Assembly (NCBI GenBank): GCA_012295275.1
Contig: CM022670.1
Coordinates: 1,240,001-1,304,000, forward strand
Direction of reading: 5' to 3'
DNA from: Chrysomallon squamiferum
Lineage: Eukaryota > Animalia > Mollusca
Length of the DNA: 64,000 nt
The notes beneath the pieces are model-generated. The model was given only the letters and a program-made list of their open reading frames with translations, did no database searches and was not told the origin of the DNA. The position numbers and the translations under genes were made by a program. This document shows, piece after piece, positions 53,656 through 64,000 of this stretch. The stretch's first letter is position 1, and each line of letters begins with the position of its first letter.

Positions 53656-54850
53656 TTAACGTTTGCTTCTGCTTGTTTCTGTTTGGTTTAAACACAGATC
53701 TACAGGTCCACCCCATGAAATGATAACCACGCCCTGACCTGGGGTACCGCCCCACCGATTTGGAAATCCAGCTTCTCCGACCTCGATTGATATATTTTGT
53801 CCAGGAACAACCTCTATGATACTTCTTGAATATCCACCACCACCACCCGCCCGCCCACCGGCTTGGCCCCCACTCCCTCCACCATACAGTCCCCCGTCTC
53901 TGCCCACTGGGTCAACACCGCCAGGTCCTGATTTTCGGACAACCAGCGAATCGTTTTTTCTGTCGCAGGAACTCCCACCCCCTCCGCAGTAGGGGTACGA
54001 AGACGACCCCTGAACGCTGCGCCCTCCGTTTACGTTGATCTGGCCTGCAGCCCCACCCCCGATACCGCAGTCTTCCCCGATTTCACCCCGGCCTCCGACA
54101 GCAACACTACCGTAACCGCCCGCACCGCCTGTTGTATTCAAATAATAATAATAACAACAATAACAACAATAAAAAAAACAACAACAACAACAACAACAAT
54201 AATAATAATAATAATAAATAATAATAATAATAATAATAATTAGGTACATATCAGATACTTTAGATATATGTGAACATACATGCCTGCATTCATACAAATA
54301 TATATATATATATATAGGCATAGGTATAACCAAGGATTGTGTATATACAATTTTCAGGTATTCATTCACCTAGGAGTTATGTATAATGCTTGAAATTTAA
54401 TTAGTTATTTTATAGATGCATTTTTACATACAGACTGACAGAGGCACACATCCTGTACTCATACACAGACATCCATGCATACATACGTATATACATACTA
54501 CGTACATACCTGTATTATCTTTCGTAGCACCTTTTCCACCTTCTGCCCGCAGATAAGAACCAAATGTCGACTTGCTCCCGTCTCCACCATATGAACCTTT
54601 TATCTGACCATTTCTACCTGCCCCACCTCCACCTTCAAATAATAATAATAACTTCAAATAATAATAATAACAACAATAAAAATAACAATAAAATAATAAT
54701 AATAATAAATAATAATAATAACAATAAAAATAACAATAATAATAATAATAATAATATTAATAATAATAAGAAGAAGAAGAAGAGTAAAAATAACAATAAT
54801 AATAATAATAATAATAATAAATAACAACAATGATGATGATGATGATGATG

Positions 54851-54884
<34 letters not shown>

Positions 54885-56519
54885 TAATAAGTTATAGTAC
54901 CATAAGAAATAATATTAGTAGTGATAGTAGGACTAATAGTAACAACAGCAAGAATACTAATAACTGGAGAAACAAACTAATGCGTTGTGTTATCAACGTG
55001 GACGTACCAATACAAATAACGTCAACCTTCGTCACTCCGCTTGGCACTGTGAATGTTTCATCGTTTAAAAACAGTTTTCGTTCATATCTCACTTTGTCCC
55101 AAGTCACAGATGGCATCGGTGTCGACACTGTATTTTCTGAAAATATTTATTTATTTATTTATTTATATATATATATATTTATTTATTTATTTATTTATTT
55201 AATTATTTATTTAATATCAAGTGCTTGCAAAATTTCATAAGAAAAAAGGCTGTTGACTTTATATGAGCCAAGAAAGGACAGTAAGATAGAAAATAATTAC
55301 AAATTACTTCAAAGACTGAATTATTTATTTATTTATGCATTCATTTATTATTTTAACTTAAGTAAAAAGAGATGTTTATTTTTTTTTACTTTACAAATTC
55401 CACTTAGAAAGACCAGTGCTTAAATTTTTTATTTCTTAGTCTATTAATATTTTCGCCTTCTATCTTTCTGGTTAGGCAAGGAAGTGAACCACCAAATTTA
55501 ATGTTTAGAAAATAAAATGTAAGTAAATAATGAAGAAAACTTTGGGTTGACCTCCAAATCTTAGAATCCAAACATCAGCACTATGACAACCAGAAAATGA
55601 TGTTATTGGTCCCCATATTGTGTTCAGCAGTTTCAGAAGACCTACTGTGTCGCCACCGTCTGCGTCGTCACCAGTCGCAGACAACCATGCCGTCGTCTTC
55701 ACCAGGACGTACTTTGAGTTGTTGATGTTACTCAGGTCCACAGAAGAGAGATGATCGTAATAGCTGAACTGAATAAGATTAACATTTGTTTCGTACAAAA
55801 ACCGCCAGAAATAGGAGTAATGTTAATTTTTGTAATTTATTACGTAAATACGGTAATAAGTAAATAAATAAATAAAGACAAATTTAAATTTAAAAAAATA
55901 TATATATAAATAAATGAACTTTAAAAAAAAATCTCTAAACACCCACAGCAAAAACCCCACAAAAAAACAACAAAAAAAAACAACAAATAAATAAATTAAA
56001 ACACACACACACAAAAAGCATTAAATATTTAAAAAAAAAAAAAAAAAAAAAAACACAAAAAACACCTAAAACAAAGCCATCGACAAATGAACAAATAACT
56101 GAATAAAAATTCTAATTAGATAAAGAATATTTCAGATATAAAACGTACCAGTTGTACAGCGGTTAAATGAAGAGGATTGTCAGAATAGATGACCCAGTGA
56201 ACTGGTTTATAACTCGACAATACCAACACTATAGGTTTTGTGGTTATGCCTTGGATGTGCACATTTGTCGTGCTTGATGACGTGGTTTGCGTAAGGACGT
56301 TGCCTTCGTAGATGCTGAGGACGTGTACCTCGTAGTTCTGTGCGGTGTCGGAATCGACGCAGCTGAACACAGTCTGCGCGATGCCGCGTAACGTTGCGGT
56401 GGCAGCCGAATTTGGATTGTTTGGCGTCACTCTGCAGTTTCCCACCTCAGCTGTTGAAGAAGAAAATAATAAAACAACGTCGAAGATGGTGGTGATAACT
56501 ACGATGTTAATAATAACGT

Positions 56520-56610
<91 letters not shown>

Positions 56611-56954
56611 CAACTTACGTAGGCAGGTATATCTATTATACCCGGATTTGCTGCACTCACAGAAGCCGTTTACACATTGTGCGTTGTAAGAACCAGGACA
56701 ATACCCGCTGCACGATTTTCTCGGACCGTCTAGAAATAAAATCACCAGAACATCAACGAGAAAGAGACAATAATCATCTCTTAACAATATGACCACTGCA
56801 AAAATAATAACAACAGCAACATCAACATCATTAACTAATACTACTACCACAGTTGCTATAGTAATACTTTGAGAGTACTCTTTCTGCTTTCTCTATTGCT
56901 ATTACTACAACATTAGCAATAATTGCTACTACTACTACTACATACACACACACA

Positions 56955-57005
<51 letters not shown>

Positions 57006-57884
57006 CCCCCCCGTGTGTGTATTTCAAACTGCAGATTGGGAAAAGTGTTTAAATTAAAAAAAATTATGTTAAATATTGAATTGTAACAAAACTTATCATA
57101 AATTTATTATCTCGAAATCTTAAATTTCACCGAATTTACATCGACCTAGCAAAATTCACTTTGACTGTCCGAGTCACGCAGACCTAGTTCGAAAGAACAA
57201 ACAAATTAGACTTAACACTGAAATCAAATATTAACCCGTGCGATACAAAGGGAATCAGATGTCGCTATTGGTTACGGCTGGAAGGGAGTTGCTTTTAAAG
57301 CACTCATGATTATATACGAATTTTCTCTTTTTAACACTACTGGCCTGTCACGTGACATACCGGTTGTCCTGCTAAGAAAAACAAAAAGGGTAGTCGCATT
57401 CGTTGACGTTATAAATAAATCCATTAATTAGTACAATCTAAGAACAGTTAACAAGTAGAAATCCTGTTATTATTCTGATACACACACATACACACTCATA
57501 TATGTATGTGTGTTTGTGTGTGTTGTTCACTGTCAAATAAGCTGTTGTTCTGCTAAGACTAACATGTACACACATATATGTATACAATTTTATAAACCAT
57601 AATTATATATTTTACTATTACTACAACCCTTGTTATTATTATTACTACTACTACTACTACTAAAATGTTAGTACTATTACTGCAGCTACTACAACAACTA
57701 CTACCACAATACTACTGTTACTACTCGTACTACACTGCTACTATTATATTACTACTATCATGTTACTGTAACTATGCCAGTACTACTACTACTTCTACTA
57801 CTACTATTATTACTACTAAACAACTACCTCTACTAATACTGCTACTATTATTACAACTACTGCTACTAATACTGCTACTATTAT

Positions 57885-57918
<34 letters not shown>

Positions 57919-59055
57919 GCTGCTACTACTACTGCTATAACTGATACGTCTTCCTCTTATTATTTAGTTAAAATTACTACTGTAACTGCAATTGTTATAC
58001 AATTATTTATTGTTAATTGTGTAGAAACATTAAAAAATAAGATTTAATAAACAATAAACAAACAAACAAACAAACAGATAAATAAGCAAACAAAAAAAGA
58101 AAATACCAACCCTGATTGGATATTAAAGGATCTGCAGTCACCTGAAAATAAAAATAAATTAATTTCTTATTTCTAAATTTAATTATTATTTTATATTTTT
58201 ATACACTTGACAGTTTATTAATATTTATTTATTTATTTGTTTATTTATTTATTTTTTTTTTTTTTTTTTTTATATTTTTTTATTTATTTATGTTCGAATT
58301 ATTTAGTTAATTATTTATTTTTTTACTGAGTTGTTGTTGCCTTTATTTATTTATTTATTTAATTTTATTATTATTATTATTTTCATTATTATTATTTTTT
58401 TTATTATTATTATTATATATTTTTTTATTTTTTATTTTACCTACTGTATTTATTAATTCCTTATAATAATGATATTAAATAGTACCTTTGCAGCTTCTAA
58501 TACTTCAGTTTTATCACTTAATTTGGAATAAATTATGTGTGACATCACAAATGACGTATTAATAATTATGTGTGACATCACAAATGACGTATCAATAATA
58601 CTAACCGCTTTGTTACTGGGTACTGATAAAAACGTAGCCAGGAATATCGTAACAATGGCCACTACGATAATAATCACAACAACTATGACAACTTCACGTT
58701 TTGTTCTGCGAGAGCTGAAAACACTCGCTGCTATGGAAACCGCGTCATCTCTTTGTCTGGGAATAGTTCTGAACTCGAAAGCCTCTCTTTCGCTGTCAAC
58801 AGAGTCTGAGAGTCGTCGATCCCTCGCGACAGCATCGTCGACGTGTCCGCTGACAGTATATACACCAACGACGGCGGCATCTACACCAGCTACCTCGTTA
58901 TAACTGGGAGGCGATAACTCAGAGTAAGGTTTTGGTGCGTTGCTGATTGCTTGAGTACCACATACGTCTTCATAAGCCGGCGGCGGTTCTGTGAAATGCC
59001 TGGTAGAGGCTACTGCTACTCCTCTGTCGTCAGAACTGCCGGCGTCACTCTCCAT
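53656..59055 (-). CDS. Uncharacterised predicted type II membrane protein (PPxY tail, TM, EGF-like, unassigned beta domain, glycine-rich domain), copy 1, 611 aa, 8 exons
   Basis: Exons 59055-58606, 58141-58111, 56729-56619, 56450-56149, 55768-55552, 55136-55008, 54632-54510, 54128-53656 join into one open 1836-nt frame with GT-AG junctions. The last four exons are independently supported by the paralog at 61.3-63.8 kb. Joining the first two exons to the rest rests on phase and proximity only. Confidence 0.85.
58532..58597. repeat. 33-bp tandem duplication (2 copies) just inside intron 1 of Gly-rich gene copy 1
   Basis: attatgtgtgacatcacaaatgacgtat(t/c)aata occurs twice. Confidence 0.9.
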
Positions 59056-60092
59056 TCTGTTTCCAACTCTTTTTTTTTTTTTTTTTTTTTAATCTATTAA
59101 GCGTATTACGGTAAAAAAAAAAAAATGACAGTTAAAAGAGATACAATCAAAAATGCTTCATGCTGTTTAGAATGATTATCAGCAATATCAGAGTCGAGCT
59201 AAACGTGTAATTACAAAAAGGTATCTGCACTTGTGACTTCACGCAAGACGGTGATACACAATACGTCTGCAACAACGTCATCACGTGCAGTGGAAACCCG
59301 AGCTCTTCTAATAAAGAAGTGTAACTACACTTGTGATTTTATCAAAACACAAAATCCGTGTATCTATATATATATTCATACGTATGCACAGAATACGTAT
59401 ATGCTTTTATGTATTATACGTATAATGAAATGTACAGAGGTAAACAGAAATTCTGATGCTCAAATTGAAGTATTTATTGCAACAGGCCAGTGACCCGAAA
59501 CAGACCTCATTGTTTGTTTACGCACGACTGAGTTACGGGTAGGCGAACTTCCGTACCTTTTCGTATCTTCTCGTACGTTTTCGATTTGTCGTCGTAGTTT
59601 GTCGATCATTATATTAATGTGTCGGAAAGATAACATCGACTGTGTTATTAAAATAGTTTAATTATGTTTGTGCCACTGACTCGATTTTACGACATTAACA
59701 GTTGTTTTGTTTTTGTTTGACGTTCTTTATATGTATATATATATATATAAAGGTTAATTATGTAAAATCTTGTCTCTCGTAAATCTGTTGACGTCAGTGT
59801 CACCATATCAAGTGACCTAATAACAATAATTAAATCTGATGTGTATGTATATATATCGAATAAAGAGCGTGTTTGTACGTATATTACATTTTTTTGGGTT
59901 GAGGTCAGAAGGTTAAACAATGTCATTTTAAGATGCTGCGAAATTCTAACTGAATACAGAATATAATAATAAATGTTTATTTTTTTTTTTTTTTTCATTT
60001 TATTTTTTTTTTTTTTGTTGTTGTTTTTTTTTTATTTAACCTGCGTGGCGTCTCAAACAATATTTATTATCATTATTATTATTATCATTATT

Positions 60093-60124
<32 letters not shown>

Positions 60125-60193
60125 CATCATTATCATTATCATTATTATTATCATCATTATCATCATCATCATCATTATTATTATCATCATTAT

Positions 60194-60243
<50 letters not shown>

Positions 60244-60946
60244 TTACCACTATTACTATTAAATTTTTTTTAGCTATGTTTATATTATTTATAATTATTT
60301 TAAATGTACTCTAAAATTTCTTTCGTAAACTGAAACGAAAATCTAGGGTAAAATATAAAACATTTATAATACAGATATAATAAATACACGTATATAATTC
60401 AGACATAATATTATATAAATATAATAAATATATCAAATATATTACAGATGAAATGGATGTGGTTGTGATAAATGTGAACATATCCAGATTTTCTATTTAA
60501 TTTCATTGTTACAGAATAACAAGAAGCATATTATTTTTAATTATTTTATTATCACTGTATCATTTTTATATCATTGTTATAATGACTTAGCTATCGTAAC
60601 AAAAATATTATCATCGTTAGTAGCTCTATTATCATCATCATCACCATCATCATCACAAACATGGGTATCATTATCGGTATCACCATCATTATCAGCTTCA
60701 GCATAATCAGCATCATAATCACTATGGATATCATTAATAATGATAATTATCATTTTCTCAACGTCACCGAGTTAGCAATACATTATTTTATTTTCAACAC
60801 TGATATAAATTATAGCACAACAGATATATTTTACATGTAAAGCTTATATATCTAAATAGTAAAAACTGGCCATGTGTCCATACATCCTGTCATTCGATCG
60901 TTAATGAATTCATTCATCCTAGAAGACATCTACTTAGCATGTCCCA

Positions 60947-61068
60947 CATCCATCCATCCATCCATCTATCCATCCATCCATCCATCCATCCATCCATCCA
61001 TCCATCCATCCATCCATCCATCCATCCATCCATCCATCCATCCATCCATCCATCCATCCATCCATCCA
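60947..61068. repeat. (CATC)n tetranucleotide microsatellite
   Basis: Direct reading. Confidence 0.98.
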
Positions 61069-61294
61069 TATCTCACCCACCAATTCATCCATTCATTTAC
61101 ACATAACTGGTTTGTGTGATTTGAAAATGAACGTATTTGGCACATAAATTTGTAACTTCGGTAATAATTAACTTCATAAAAGCATTGATCTCTCTTGAAC
61201 ACGTCACAAACTTTATATATATATGTTTTAAGTTTATATATATATATATATATATATCACGTGTAACGACGTATACGTAACTGTAAAGACGACA

Positions 61295-63784
<2,490 letters not shown>

Positions 63785-63787
63785 CTG

Positions 63788-63788
<1 letters not shown>

Positions 63789-63881
<93 letters not shown>

Positions 63882-63975
63882 TTATAATAATAATAATAAT
63901 AATAATAATACCATTACTACTATTACTACTACTACTTCTACTACTGCTACTACTACTAATAATAATGATAATAAT
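63789..63975. repeat. (AAT)n/(ACT)n trinucleotide tract, representative of many such intronic tracts (e.g. 6442-6640, 14728-14810, 21790-21885, 60067-60260)
   Basis: Direct reading. Confidence 0.95.
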
Positions 63976-64000
63976 AAAAAGTGTCATATGATTAACCTGT

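Noticed and set aside
53656-54128. High GC of the Gly-rich exons as direct evidence of recent HGT or bacterial contamination
   Set aside because: Explained by GGN codons. The exons are separated by canonical spliceosomal introns carrying host-type microsatellites, so this is not contamination, and GC content alone says nothing about origin.
57361-57371. Possible 11-nt micro-exon (ttag|CAGGACAACCG|gtatgt on the minus strand) in Gly-rich copy 1
   Set aside because: The splice signals look good, but 11 nt (or 8 nt with the inner AG) would break the phase-1 frame between the flanking exons. Not included without transcript evidence.
58900-58985. Tandem tyrosine motifs YSEL...YNEV as an ITAM or ITIM
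   Set aside because: The spacing is 4 residues (an ITAM needs about 6-8) and the -2 positions do not fit the ITIM consensus.

Overview
AT-rich, microsatellite-laden animal genomic DNA with spliced genes. It is not prokaryotic; a lophotrochozoan, probably a gastropod mollusc, is an inference from gene style and repeat content. Most entries in the ORF track are microsatellite artefacts, so I rebuilt genes by hand from GT-AG exon chains with phase checking. Left to right: 3' part of ECH1 (+, ends in -SKL); a 20-exon, about 980-aa non-classical cadherin (+); PGAP2 paralog A (-) head-to-head with ATG13 (+); PGAP2 paralog B (-) head-to-head with WDR55 (+); then two tandem minus-strand paralogs of an uncharacterised protein. 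The complete copy is a 611-aa predicted type II membrane protein with a PPxY cytoplasmic tail, TM helix, EGF-like module, unassigned beta-rich domain and a phage/bacterial-type glycine-rich domain; this family is the best candidate for an undescribed system. Also notable: duplicated alternative last exons in PGAP2-A, a KKxx end on PGAP2-B, a +1 frameshift in the second Gly-rich paralog, an 884-bp TIR element with a 4-bp TSD in an ATG13 intron, and a decayed duplicate of the start of the last WDR55 exon. No database searches were run; family assignments rest on recalled motifs.
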